Source: an uncultured Gemmatimonadales bacterium (GTDB lineage: Bacteria > Gemmatimonadota > Gemmatimonadetes > Longimicrobiales > RSA9). Taken from it: 64,000 nt of DNA. A model generated the notes under the pieces. That model was not told where the DNA came from, did no database searches, and worked only from the letters and a program-made list of their open reading frames with translations. The translations under genes and the position numbers were made by a program. Each line of letters opens with the position of its first letter. The stretch's first letter is position 1. Shown piece after piece: positions 45,421 to 56,469 of the stretch. The stretch is from the NCBI GenBank assembly GCA_963708135.1, contig OY970192.1, positions 3,072,001 to 3,136,000 of the forward strand, written 5' to 3'.

Positions 45421-48400
45421 ATGTCGAGGACCGGGATCGCCGCGCTCGCCGCGGCGGTCCTGGGCCTCCGCCGTCCCTCTCTCCGCGCAGCAGGCGGGAC
45501 GGGTGGAGGGCCACGTCGCTGGCGGCCAGGAGTCTGCAGCCGCTGGCGGGCGCCCAGGTCGTCGTGGAGGGCACGGGACTGGGCACCCTCACGCAGCAGG
45601 ACGGACGCTTCGTCATCCTGAACGTGCCTGCGGGCTGCGTACACGCTGCGGGTCGAGATTCTCGGCTACCGGACGGGCTCGAAGCCGATCACGGTCACCG
45701 CGGGGCAGGCCACGACGGCCGACTTCCAGCTCGCGCGAGACCGCGGTCTCGCTCGAGCAGCTTGTGGTGACGGGCACGGCGGCGGCGGTCAAGAAGAAGT
45801 CGCTGGGCACGAGCATCGCCTCGATCTCCGCCGCCGAGATCGAGGGGGCGCCCGGTCGCGGACGCCTCGCAGGCGCTCGAGGCCAACGCCTCGGGCGTGA
45901 CCGTCATGGCCAACAGCGGCCAGGCGGGCGCGGCCTCGACGGTCAAGATCCGCGGCGTCCACTCCGTGGCATCCAACAGCGCGCCGATCATCAACGTGGA
46001 CGGCGTTCGCATCTACAACCTGCCGACGCGCGCCGGCTGGGACAGCCACCAGTCGACCTCGCCCGCTCCAGGACATCGACCCCGCGGACATCGAGCGAAT
46101 CGAGGTCGTGAAGGGCGCCGCCGCCACCACGCTGTACGGTACGGAGGCGGCCGCGGGCGTGATCCAGATCTTCACGAAGAGCGGGCAGACGGGCGGCACC
46201 CAGTGGAACGCCGAGCTGAACGGCCGGCGGCGTCGGCCGCGCCGCGGTTCGGCGCGAAGAACGACCCATCGAACCTGTTCGTGGACTGCAACAACCACGG
46301 CGCAGATGTACGGGCTGGACACGTTCAACGCGCTACGGCACGGCGGGCTACGGGGACCGCGTCTACTTCCAGGACCCGACCTGCCCGGCCCGAGCGGGCA
46401 CTGGAACGAGCTCGGGCCGCGCAGCGGGCTCTCGCTCTCCGCGCGCGGCGGCAGCGAGTCGATCACGTACTACCTGTCCGGCAACTACAACGACCAGTCG
46501 GGCTACCTGCCGACGCAGCGCAACAAGGACGGCGGGCTGCGCGCCAACGTTTCCTTCGCGCCCACGGACAACTTTACGATCCAGCTGAACTCGCGCGTAC
46601 CAGCGGGTGCACACGCGCTGGACCGAGGACGGCAACGACGCCAACGGCTTCCTGCTCGACGTCGGCCGCGGCTTCGGCGGCTATCTCAAGGGCGGCAAGG
46701 GCGACGATTGCGCCGGCGTGCCGCAGACCGGGCCCGGCGGCGCGTCCATGGTGTGCGTGACCAACCAGTACCTCTTCGACTCGGAGCTCTTCACGCGGAA
46801 GGACCACTACACGACGGGGCTGACGCTGCGCTACACGCCGATCACGAACCTGCAGAACCGCTTCGTCGTCGGCTGGGACTACCTCTACGTCAACAACGAG
46901 TCCACCCGGCCGTACGGCAGCCTCTACACGCCGGGCGGCTACTACTGGCCGGAGAACACCTGGCACCGCAAGCTCTCGCTCGACTACGCCGGAACGCTGA
47001 GCAACGACTTCATGGGCGGCGAATCTGACCTCGGCCCTCTCCTGGGGCGGGCAGATCTTCCGCGACGACCACGACTGGACGGAAACGGACATCGAGGACT
47101 TCGCCGGCCCCGGCCGTCCGACCCTCACCTCCGGCGCCAACCTGACGTACCGCAACGAGCACACCTACGCCATCACGAACGCGGGTTTCTTCGGGCAGGA
47201 GCAGCTCGGCCTGAAGGATCGCCTGTTCCTGACGGCCGGCATCCGCGTGGACGGCAACAGCGCGTTCGGCTCGGCGCTCGGGCTCCAGACCTACCCGAAG
47301 CTGAGCCTCTCCTACGTCCTCTCGGACTACGACTGGTGGCCGACCAACTGGTTCGACACGTTCCGGCTGCGCGGCGCCATCGGCGAGTCCGGCAAGGCGC
47401 CGGACCCGTTCGCGAAGCTGCGCACCTGGCAGCCGGTCTCGGACGGCAACTCGGAGGCCGGTTTCGCCCCGCAGAACGTCGGCAACGCCGATGTCGGCCC
47501 CGAGCGCACGCTCGAGACGGAGGGCGGCTTCGACGCCAGCCTGCTGAACGGCCGCCTCGGGCTGAACATGACCTACTACCACGACAAGACGTTCAAGATG
47601 CTGGTCAACGAGACGCTGCCGCCGAGCAACGGCTTCCTCTCCGGCCGTCTCGCGAACGTCGGCTCGATGGTGAACAGGGGGCTCGAGATCGAGTCCACGC
47701 TCGGCCTGATCCGCACGCGCGCGATCGACTGGAGCATCCGCGGCAACATGGACCTGCAGAAGAGCAAGGTGCTGGACCTGGACGGCGACCCGGCCACCCA
47801 CACCCGCGTCTACTCGGGGCTGCTCTCCTACTTCGACGAGGGTCAGACCGCGCCGGTCTACGAGGGCCATCTGGTCCTGAACCCGAATGCCTTCGCCGAC
47901 CCCGTCATCGTCTCCGATACCGTGATCGGACCAGTGTACCCGACCAGGCACTTCGGCATCGGGACCACCCTCAAGCTGGGATCTCGCCTCACACTCGATG
48001 CCCTGGTCGACCGCCAGGCAGGCCACTACCTGCCCAACTACACCGCCTACCAGAACGAGCGCCGCGGCGTCTGGCACCCGTGTTACGATGTGCAAGCCAA
48101 GATCATCGACTACTACAAGAACGGGAACGCGAGCGCGCTCGAATGACGTCACCGCCCTCCAGCGCGCGCAGTGCGCGATCACCGGCGTCGGCATGAGCCC
48201 GAACAGCGACTACTGGATCCAGAAGGCGGACTTCACCAAGCTGCGCCACGTGTCGCTGACCTATCAGGTCCCGCCCGGGCTGCTCAAGTTCGCGAGCAAT
48301 GCCTCCGTCACCCTCTCGGGCGAGAACCTGTACACGTGGAGCCCCTACCGGGGGGCGGATCCCGAGGTCATGGATTTCTCCGACCAGAACGGGACCGAAT

Positions 48401-48490
48401 GTCACGCTGGCGGGCAACTACGGCCGCCGCGACTACTACCAGATCCCGAGCGCACGCCTGTTCACGCTCTCCTTCCGCGTCAGCTGGTGA
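45421..48490 (+). pseudogene. SusC/RagA TonB-dependent receptor with multiple frameshifts
   Basis: LEQLVVTG, IEVVKGAAATTLYGTEAAAGVIQI and DGNSAFG pieces lie in different frames. Confidence 0.85.
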
Positions 48491-48501
48491 GGGGGCCCGA
48501 A

Positions 48502-49734
48502 ATGAGGAAAGCGATGAGCAACCACAGCAAGCCGTTGTCCGTGCTGATCCTCGCCGTGGTCCTGCCGCTCGGGGCCTGCCATGGCCTCTTCGACGTGGTG
48601 AGCCCCGGCCGGATCGCCGACACCGACCTCAACACCAAGGATGCGCTGTCCGGGCTGGTGGCCGGCATGTCCTGGGCGGTGGCGGAGGGCGAGAACCAGT
48701 CGCTGGAGCGCCTCTCCCTGTTCTCCGGCGATCTCTGGCACGCCGGCAGCTACGACTTTGGCGACAACGCCCGGGGCAAGATCCTGCCCGAGGAGGTGAA
48801 CGGCGAGTGGGGCGAGATGGAGCGGGCCCGCTGGGTCGCCGAGGACGGGGTCCGGCGCATGAAGGAGGAGATCTTGTCCGGCTCGGCCGATGCGTTCGCG
48901 AAGAGCGCCTACGCGGCGCAGGCCTACATGTGGGAAGGGTTCGGCGACCGGCTGCTGGGGGAGAACGTCTGCGCCGCGGTGATCGATGGAGGCGCGGAGC
49001 AGCCGGACACGGTCTACTTCCAGCGCGCGCAGGACGAGTTCACGCAGGCGATCCAGATCGGCCAGGCCGCGGGCGACGACGAGACCGTGACCGCCGCCTA
49101 CGGCGGGCGAGCCACGGTGCGAGCCTGGCAGGGCGACTGGGACGGCGCCGTGCAGGATGCCATGCAGGTGCCGGATGACTTCATGTTCGACGCGCCGATC
49201 TCGACCGAGATGCAGAACCGGCTCGCGTACGAAACGCACACGCGCTACGAGTACTCCGTCTACAGCACGGTCTTCGAGGACCATCCGGACGATCCGCGCG
49301 TGCCCTGGACGATCCTCTACAACGCCGACGGCAGCGTCGCGCGAGGCGCCAACGGCTCGACGCCGATGTACCAGCAGAACAAGTACGACTCATACGACAG
49401 CGGGGTGCCGCTGACCAAGGGGACCGAGATGCTGGTGCTGCGGGCGGAGGCCGCGCTGCGTGGCAACGACATTGCCGGGGCCTACGCGCTCATGAACCAG
49501 GCCCGCGCCGTCTACGGCATGGACCCGCTCCCCGTTGCGGCCGACATGACGGCGGCGTGGAACGACCTCCACTACGAGCGCATGGCCACCGTGTGGCTGG
49601 AGAACCGCAAGCTCTGGGACATGCGCCGCTGGTTCGCGGCCAGCGGCCCCGAGCACTACGATTACCTGAGCGGCCGCGACAGGTGCGTGCCGGTCAGCCA
49701 GGAAGAGGTCAATGCGAACCCGAACATTCCGTGA
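48502..49734 (+). CDS. SusD/RagB-like lipoprotein
   Basis: LGAC lipobox, EMLVLRAEA, ERMATVWLENRKLWDMRR, EVNANPN. Confidence 0.88.
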   Translation: MRKAMSNHSKPLSVLILAVVLPLGACHGLFDVVSPGRIADTDLNTKDALSGLVAGMSWAVAEGENQSLERLSLFSGDLWHAGSYDFGDNARGKILPEEVNGEWGEMERARWVAEDGVRRMKEEILSGSADAFAKSAYAAQAYMWEGFGDRLLGENVCAAVIDGGAEQPDTVYFQRAQDEFTQAIQIGQAAGDDETVTAAYGGRATVRAWQGDWDGAVQDAMQVPDDFMFDAPISTEMQNRLAYETHTRYEYSVYSTVFEDHPDDPRVPWTILYNADGSVARGANGSTPMYQQNKYDSYDSGVPLTKGTEMLVLRAEAALRGNDIAGAYALMNQARAVYGMDPLPVAADMTAAWNDLHYERMATVWLENRKLWDMRRWFAASGPEHYDYLSGRDRCVPVSQEEVNANPNIP

Positions 49735-49822
49735 CGAAGCGCGCGGCCCGGGCTACGGACCGGACCGGAGCACCGGAGCGGGGGCCTCGTGCCCCCGCTC
49801 TCGTTCCGGAAAAGGAGACTCC

Positions 49823-50314
49823 ATGTCGTCGGTCAACAGGAGGCGCCTGCGCGCCGTCGGCGCGGCGCTGCTCGGCCCGCTGGTGGCGGGCTGCTTCAGC
49901 TACGCGCAGGTCCCGCCGGGAGACGTTCAGCCGGGCGCGCGCGTTCGCGTTCACATCGCGGCCGACCGCGCCGGCGAGCTGCGCCAGGCGCTCGGCTACC
50001 CCGTGGACCGACTGCGCGGAGAGGCGCTCGCCACCGACGGCGACACCCTCGTGCTCCAGGTGGCCAGCGCCCCGGCCGGCGGCGGAGCGGCGCTCCGGCA
50101 GAACGTGCGCCTGGCCCCCGGCGACTTGGATGAGGTCGAGCTCCAGCGCCTGAGCTGGCCCAAGACCGGCGCAGTCGCCGGGGCCGCGATCCTCGTCGGG
50201 GGCATCATCGTCGCCAGCGTGCTGCACACGGATCAGCGGAACGGGCAGAGCAACCCCAAGCCCACGCCCAACGCGGCACGCCTTCCCCTGGTCCTGTTCT
50301 TCATCCATCCATAG
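49823..50314 (+). CDS. Hypothetical lipoprotein
   Basis: AGGAG ribosome-binding site; VAGC lipobox. Confidence 0.7.
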   Translation: MSSVNRRRLRAVGAALLGPLVAGCFSYAQVPPGDVQPGARVRVHIAADRAGELRQALGYPVDRLRGEALATDGDTLVLQVASAPAGGGAALRQNVRLAPGDLDEVELQRLSWPKTGAVAGAAILVGGIIVASVLHTDQRNGQSNPKPTPNAARLPLVLFFIHP

Positions 50315-50356
50315 CCCGGCGCCCGGGCTAGAGACGACCCGACCAGGAGGCTCGAG

Positions 50357-50884
50357 TTGAGGCATCTGCGCGGCAGGAACGCGATCGTCACCGGTGCGTC
50401 GTACGGGATCGGACCCCGGATCGCGCGGGCGCTGGCGGCACAGGGGGTGAACCTGGTGCTGGCCGCCCGCTCGGGGGCACGCCTCGAGCGGGTGGCGGCC
50501 GAGCTCGCGGGCGCGGGAGTGCGAGTGGTCCCGGTCGCGGCGGACCTCCGCGATCCGGCGGCGCGGGAGAGGCTGGTCTCGCGGGCGGAAGCCGAGCTCG
50601 GGCCGGTCGACATTCTGGTGAGCAACGCGAGCACGGCGTACGGTGGACGGCTGCACACGACCGAGCCGGCACAGGTTGACGCGATCGTGGAGACGAACAG
50701 TACCTGTCTCTCTATGGCGCTACGAAGCATGCCGTGGTCGGCTTCAACCACTGCCTCCAGGAGGAGCTGCGCGGGACGGGCGTCCACAGCTCCGCGGTCT
50801 GCTCCGGCTTCGTGCGGGGCGAGGGGATGTGGGGCGCGCTTCGAGCAGAACGTGCATCCGGCCTTCGCCGGCCAGGCCGGCTAG
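50357..50884 (+). pseudogene. Short-chain dehydrogenase with an internal deletion
   Basis: TGASYGIG N-terminus; YGATKHAVVG catalytic segment in another frame. Confidence 0.75.
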
Positions 50885-52605
50885 GTTTCCGACCTGAGCC
50901 CGATCCGCGACACCAGGCCGGCGTAGCGCGGGTCGGCCCGGAGCGGATCGTAGGACGGGTCCACGTGCAGGTAGATGAGCCCCGACGAGCGCTGCGCCAG
51001 CGCGCGCTCGAGCGCCGCGAACGCGCGGTCGGGCTCCCCCGTCGCCGCGTAGCCGGCTGCCAGGTACTCCGCGCGGACGTAGTGGGAGCCGGCCTCGAGC
51101 TCGCGGAGCCGGGCGCGGGCGCCCTCCACGTCTCCCGTGGCGACCATGGCGCGGGCGATGAACGGGACGGCCGAGGGCACGTGGCCGCTCACCTCGTGCG
51201 CGCGGTGGAACGAGGCGAGCGCCTCCGCCGACTGGCCGCGCAGCAGCTGACACTGGCCCAGGATGAGCAGCGGCCGGAACGAGGTCGGATCCAGCTCGAC
51301 GGCCCGAGCGAGCTCCTCCACCGCCGCGTCCACCTTCCGCTGGAAGTAGAGGTAGCGCGCCAGCCAGTAGCTGGCGATCGGGGAGAGCGGGTCCAGCGAG
51401 AGCGTGGTTCGCATCTCCCTCACGCCCTCCTCGAGCTGCCCGTTCGGCGGCAGGATGCTGCCGAGCCCCCAGTGCGCATCGGCGTAGCGCGGGTTGGCCG
51501 CCACCGCCCGGCGCATCGCCAGCTCCGCGGCGTCGAACCGCCACTCGAACCAGCCCAGCACCTTGCCGATCGCGGTGTGCGCCTCCGCGAGCGCGTCGTC
51601 CAGCGCCACCGCCTTCTCCGCCGCCTCCTTGGCGGCGGGGTAGGCCTCCTCCGGCGCCACCCAGTCGTCGGCCAGCTGCATCCACGTGTCGGCGATGCCG
51701 GCGTACGCCCGCGCGTACTCCGGGTCCAGCGCCAGCGCCTCCCGGTACAGCTCCAGGCTGCGGCGCAGGTCCGCCTCCTTGAAGCGCGTGAACAGGAAGC
51801 GCCCCTTCAGGTAGAGCGTGTAGGCCCGCACGTCGTGGGTGACCGGCGCCACCAGCGGGCGCTCCTCCTCGCCGACCAGCTCGACCTTGAGCGCCTCCAC
51901 GATCGCGCGGGCGATCTCGTCCTGCACCCGGAACACGTCCTCGAGCTCCCGGTCGTAGGTGTGCGACCAGAGATGGTAGCCGTCGGCCGCGCTGATCAGC
52001 TGCGCGGTCACCCGGATCCGGCTCCCCGCCTTGCGCACGCTCCCCTCCACCACCGACTCGACGCGCAGCCGGCGCGCGATCTCGAGCACGTCCAGATCCT
52101 TGCCCTTGAAGGTGAACGACGACGTCCGCGAGGCCACCCTCAGCTGCTCCACCTTGGCCAGCGCGTTCAGGATCTCCTCCGTCATCCCGTCGCTGAAGTA
52201 CTCGTTCTCCCGGTCGTCGCTCATGTTCACGAACGGCAGCACCGCGATCGAGCGCTCGGCCGCCGGCGCGCCATCCGCCCCCGCGGGTGCGGGCGGGGGC
52301 AGCGTCGCCACCCCTCCTCCGGATCCCCCAGGCGATGTGGCCGCAGCATGCTCCCCGGCCCCCGCGGGCGGCGTGCGGCGGACGCCGCCCGGCGTGACGT
52401 CGAAGGTCCAGGCCAGCAGGAGCGCGACGGGGAAGCCGAGCAGGAGCAGCACCACCACGAAGGTGACCGCCCAGCCGGGAAGCAGCAGCGCCGGGAAGAT
52501 GGTGGCCGCGGCCTGGATGAGCACCCAGGCGACGATCACGTAAGTGAGCGCGAGAGGCGCCACCTTGCGACGGCGCAACTCCGACCAGAGCTCGCTCAAC
52601 GCCAT
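50881..52605 (-). CDS. Membrane-anchored TolB-like/TPR protein (adenylate-cyclase-associated type)
   Basis: SIAVLPFVNMS..ENEYFSDG, VEGSVRK and TPR repeats. Confidence 0.88.
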   Translation of the reverse strand: MALSELWSELRRRKVAPLALTYVIVAWVLIQAAATIFPALLLPGWAVTFVVVLLLLGFPVALLLAWTFDVTPGGVRRTPPAGAGEHAAATSPGGSGGGVATLPPPAPAGADGAPAAERSIAVLPFVNMSDDRENEYFSDGMTEEILNALAKVEQLRVASRTSSFTFKGKDLDVLEIARRLRVESVVEGSVRKAGSRIRVTAQLISAADGYHLWSHTYDRELEDVFRVQDEIARAIVEALKVELVGEEERPLVAPVTHDVRAYTLYLKGRFLFTRFKEADLRRSLELYREALALDPEYARAYAGIADTWMQLADDWVAPEEAYPAAKEAAEKAVALDDALAEAHTAIGKVLGWFEWRFDAAELAMRRAVAANPRYADAHWGLGSILPPNGQLEEGVREMRTTLSLDPLSPIASYWLARYLYFQRKVDAAVEELARAVELDPTSFRPLLILGQCQLLRGQSAEALASFHRAHEVSGHVPSAVPFIARAMVATGDVEGARARLRELEAGSHYVRAEYLAAGYAATGEPDRAFAALERALAQRSSGLIYLHVDPSYDPLRADPRYAGLVSRIGLRSET

Positions 52606-52804
52606 GGGGGCAGGCCCGGCTCAGGGGGATACGGCGGATGGGGTGTGCCTCACAAGATACCATGCGGCGGGGGCGCCGCCAAGGACGAGCCGCCCGGGCG
52701 ACGCTCCATTCCACGCGCAGGGAGCGGCAATCCTCGCCGCGGGCCCGCAGTGCGGCCGGCGGCAGGGCGAGGGGCGAAGCGGTCCGCCCCTCACCCGGCG
52801 CAGG

Positions 52805-53443
52805 TCAGTCCTCGTGCCGCTTCCTGAGCACCTTCCCGCTGTTCGCGTTGACCAGCACCTCCTCGTGCCCCGAGGGGGCGGTGTCCAGGTCGATCTCCCA
52901 GACGAGCACGCCGTCCTCCGTCTCGAGGTCCACGTCCTTCACCGGCGCGCCGGGTACCGCGTGCTTCGCGATCGCCACGGCGTGCTCCTCCGAGATGGCG
53001 GGGTGCATCTTCTCGATGTCCTCCTTGCTGAAGACGCGGTCCGCCTTCTTCGCGGCTTCCTTGCCCGTCTTCTCCGCTTCCCTGCCCGCCTTCTCGGCCT
53101 CCTTGCGGGCCTCTTTCGCGGCCCCTTCGGCCTTGTTCACCGCCGTCCCCACGAGGTCGTCCTCGTGCTTGCTGTAGACGATCGCGCCGGTATGCGCGTC
53201 CACCCGGACCTCCTGGTGGCCGGAGCCCGGCGTCTCGATGTCGAACTCCCAGACCAGCACTCCATCCCTGGTCTTCAGCTTGGCGGACTCCACGCCCTGG
53301 TTGTCCGGCACCTTCGCGAGCGCGATGGCGCGCGCACGGTCCAGGGTCAGCGTCCCCGCCGGCGCGGGCTGCTGCGCCTCCAGCGCCCCGGCGCCCGTGA
53401 CCAGGGCCGCCGCGGCCAGCACGAGCAGGCTCGATCGAATCAT
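52805..53443 (-). CDS. Secreted double-PepSY-domain protein
   Basis: Two repeats of LET.DGVLVWE.D...EV.V.A..G. Confidence 0.85.
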   Translation of the reverse strand: MIRSSLLVLAAAALVTGAGALEAQQPAPAGTLTLDRARAIALAKVPDNQGVESAKLKTRDGVLVWEFDIETPGSGHQEVRVDAHTGAIVYSKHEDDLVGTAVNKAEGAAKEARKEAEKAGREAEKTGKEAAKKADRVFSKEDIEKMHPAISEEHAVAIAKHAVPGAPVKDVDLETEDGVLVWEIDLDTAPSGHEEVLVNANSGKVLRKRHED

Positions 53444-53688
53444 GGCTTCTCCTCCGTCGTCGGTCCGTGCCGTGTGGGAGGCGGATGCCTCCACCCGGAA
53501 AGCGCGCAAGGTCGGTACCAGCAACGGATTGGAGACCGCCAACGCGGCCGCGGCCGGCGCGTCCCGCCCGGCGGCACGGACCGGTGCATGCGCGTGAAAC
53601 CCCTATTGCCCGCCCCACGTACGAGTTATCATTCGGCCGGCGCCCCACCTTCCCGGCGCCGACCCCCGTTCTCGAACCGTCGAATGGT

Positions 53689-54390
53689 ATGAGCGCACTT
53701 CCAGGTACGCCCCGAGCCGTCGTCGCCCTCGTCCTCGGCATTGCCGCCGTCGGCTGCGGCGGCGCCGTCGCCTCCGGCGCGAAATCCTCCCCCGCGCCGC
53801 GCGCCGCCCCCTCGCCGGCGCCGAACGCGGAGGTCGAGGCCATCTACCACGCGCGCATGGACAGCGCGCTCTCCCACTACACGGACGCGGACGTCCGCTT
53901 CATGAGCGGGATGATCCACCACCACGCGCAGGCGCTCGTCATGGCGGAGTGGGCGCCGAGCCACGGGGCGAGTCCTTCCGTGCGGACGCTGTGCGCACGC
54001 ATCATGAACTCGCAGACGGACGACATCCACCTCATGCAGCACTGGCTCGCCGAGCGCGGCAGGCACGTGCCGGACGTCCAGCTCGACACGGCCAGCGTGC
54101 TGATCGACGGCAAGCCGCCGATGCACATGCACGGGATGCTCTCCGACGAGCAGATGCGGGAGCTCGACCACGCCACCGGCACGGAGTTCGACCGCCTGTT
54201 CCTCAAGTACATGATCCAGCATCACAGCGGCGCGCTCACGATGGTGGACGACCTCTTCGGCACCGACGGCGCCGGACAGGACATGCTCGTCTTCAAGTTC
54301 GCCAACGACGTGCAGATCGATCAGAAGACCGAGATCGCCCGCATGCAGCGCATGCTCGACGCGATCTCCGCAGGAGGCCGGGCACCGTGA
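53689..54390 (+). CDS. DUF305 lipoprotein
   Basis: DVRFMSGMIHHHAQA, MIQHHSGA, QKTEIARM. Confidence 0.88.
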   Translation: MSALPGTPRAVVALVLGIAAVGCGGAVASGAKSSPAPRAAPSPAPNAEVEAIYHARMDSALSHYTDADVRFMSGMIHHHAQALVMAEWAPSHGASPSVRTLCARIMNSQTDDIHLMQHWLAERGRHVPDVQLDTASVLIDGKPPMHMHGMLSDEQMRELDHATGTEFDRLFLKYMIQHHSGALTMVDDLFGTDGAGQDMLVFKFANDVQIDQKTEIARMQRMLDAISAGGRAP

Positions 54391-54446
54391 TCGCACCGAA
54401 CCCGATCCGGCGCGGGCCCCACACCCCCCAGCAAAGGAACCGTGTC

Positions 54447-56462
54447 ATGGACTCCGTCGCTCCGCTCCGCTCCAGGGCCGGGAAGGCCGCCGCCTTCCGG
54501 GCGCCCCGGCTGCGCGCCCTCGCCGTCGCCGCAGCGCTCGTCGGTGCCGCCGCCTGCGCTTCATCCCAGGCGACGAACACCGCCTCCGGCCCCACGCCCG
54601 GCGCCGACCTCTCGAAGGCCGCGCCGAGCCCGGACCCGCGCGTCGGACTCGCGCCCGGCCTCACGGATGCCGGCGAGGCCGCCTGGAACCTGAAGGTCAT
54701 GGCGCAGATGTCGCCGGCCAAGGACTTCATCGGCGTCACCAACTCCGACCTGGCCTTCACGGGCCGGTACGCCATCCAGGGCAACTACAACGGCTACCAG
54801 GTCTGGGACATCTCCGACCCCGCGCACCCGACGCTCGCCGAGGGCTTCGTGTGCCCCGCGTCGCAGAGCGACGTCTCCGTCTACCACGACCTGCTCTTCG
54901 TCTCCGGAGAGGGGCTCGGCGGCCGGCTCGACTGCGGCACGGAGGGCGTGAAGACCACGGTCAGCCCCGACCGCCTGCGCGGCATCCGCATCTTCGACAT
55001 CAGCGACATCCACAACCCGAAGTACATCGGCAACGTGCAGACCTGCCGCGGCTCGCACACCCACACGCTGCTGGTCGATCCGAAGGACCCGGACAACGTC
55101 TACATCTACGTGTCCGGCTCCGCGCCCGTGCGGCCGTCCGAGGAGCTGCCCGGCTGCTCCAGCGGCATGCCGACCGACGACCCGAACACCGCGCTCTTCC
55201 GCATCGAGGTCATCAAGGTGCCGCTCGCCCACCCCGAGCAGGCCGCCATCGTGAGCTCGCCGCGCATCTTCAACGACCTGGCCGCGCCGCCGCGCCACGG
55301 CATGGCCCCCGCCGACAAGGAGGCGGTGGCGAAGGCCAAGGCGGCGGGCGCCTTCGTCGTCAACGTCATGGGCGAGTCGATGGTGCTGCCCGCCCGCATG
55401 ACCGACCCGATGCTGGACAGTATCATGAAGGCCCGCGGCGGCAGCGGTGCGCCCAGCGCGGAGGACAGCGCGGCGCTGCGCAGCACGCTCGACGCCATGG
55501 TCGCGAAGATGATGGCCGGCCGGGCCGACCACGGCCCCACCCAGTGCCACGACATCACCGTCTATCCCGCCATCGGCCTGGCCGGCGGCGCATGCGAGGG
55601 CTACGGGCTGCTCCTCGACATCAGCGATCCCGTGAACCCGAAGCGCATCGGCGCCGTCTCCGACGCCAACTTCTCCTACTGGCACTCCGCCACCTTCAAC
55701 AACGACGGGACCAAGGTCCTGTTCACGGACGAGTGGGGCGGCGGCGGCGCCCCCAAGTGCCGCGCCACCGATCCCAGGGAGTGGGGCGCCGACGCCATCT
55801 TCACGCTCGACAACCGCGAGATGAAGTTCCACGGCTACTACAAGCTGCCCGCGCCGCAGACCTCCTTCGAGAACTGCGTCGCCCACAACGGCTCGCTCAT
55901 CCCCGTCCCCGGCCGCGACATCATGGTCCAGGCCTGGTACCAGGGCGGCATCTCCGTCTTCGACTTCGGCGACGCCGCGCACGCGCGCGAGATCGCCTTC
56001 TTCGACCGCGGCCCCGTGGACGGGACCAGGATGGCCATGGGCGGCTCCTGGTCCGCATACTGGTACAACGGCGCCATCTACAGCTCCGAGATCGCCCGCG
56101 GCCTCGACGTCTTCGAGCTCGAGCCGAGCGCCTTCCTCACCCAGAACGAGATCGACGCCGCCCGCTCCGTCAAGCTCGATTACCTCAACGTCCAGGGTCA
56201 GCCCCACTACGTCTGGCCCGCCACCTTCGCCCTGGCCCGCGCCTACGTGGACCAGCTCGCGCGCTCCGGCGGCCTCTCCACCGACAGGATCGCCGCCGTC
56301 CGGAAGAGCCTGACCGGCGCCGAGAACGCCTCCGCCACCGCGCGCCGCCAGGCGCTCATGGAGCTCGCCTCCCAGCTCGACGGCGAGGCGTCCGCATCGA
56401 AGGATGCCGCCAAGGTGCGCCTCCTCGTCGGCGCCGTGCGCGGACTCGCCGCCGGCGAGTAA
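54447..56462 (+). CDS. LVIVD-repeat lipoprotein
   Basis: NSDLAF, GIRIFDIS, QTCRGSHTHT, QCHDIT, NCVAHNG; commonly paired with DUF305. Confidence 0.85.
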   Translation: MDSVAPLRSRAGKAAAFRAPRLRALAVAAALVGAAACASSQATNTASGPTPGADLSKAAPSPDPRVGLAPGLTDAGEAAWNLKVMAQMSPAKDFIGVTNSDLAFTGRYAIQGNYNGYQVWDISDPAHPTLAEGFVCPASQSDVSVYHDLLFVSGEGLGGRLDCGTEGVKTTVSPDRLRGIRIFDISDIHNPKYIGNVQTCRGSHTHTLLVDPKDPDNVYIYVSGSAPVRPSEELPGCSSGMPTDDPNTALFRIEVIKVPLAHPEQAAIVSSPRIFNDLAAPPRHGMAPADKEAVAKAKAAGAFVVNVMGESMVLPARMTDPMLDSIMKARGGSGAPSAEDSAALRSTLDAMVAKMMAGRADHGPTQCHDITVYPAIGLAGGACEGYGLLLDISDPVNPKRIGAVSDANFSYWHSATFNNDGTKVLFTDEWGGGGAPKCRATDPREWGADAIFTLDNREMKFHGYYKLPAPQTSFENCVAHNGSLIPVPGRDIMVQAWYQGGISVFDFGDAAHAREIAFFDRGPVDGTRMAMGGSWSAYWYNGAIYSSEIARGLDVFELEPSAFLTQNEIDAARSVKLDYLNVQGQPHYVWPATFALARAYVDQLARSGGLSTDRIAAVRKSLTGAENASATARRQALMELASQLDGEASASKDAAKVRLLVGAVRGLAAGE

Positions 56463-56469
56463 GCCGCAA

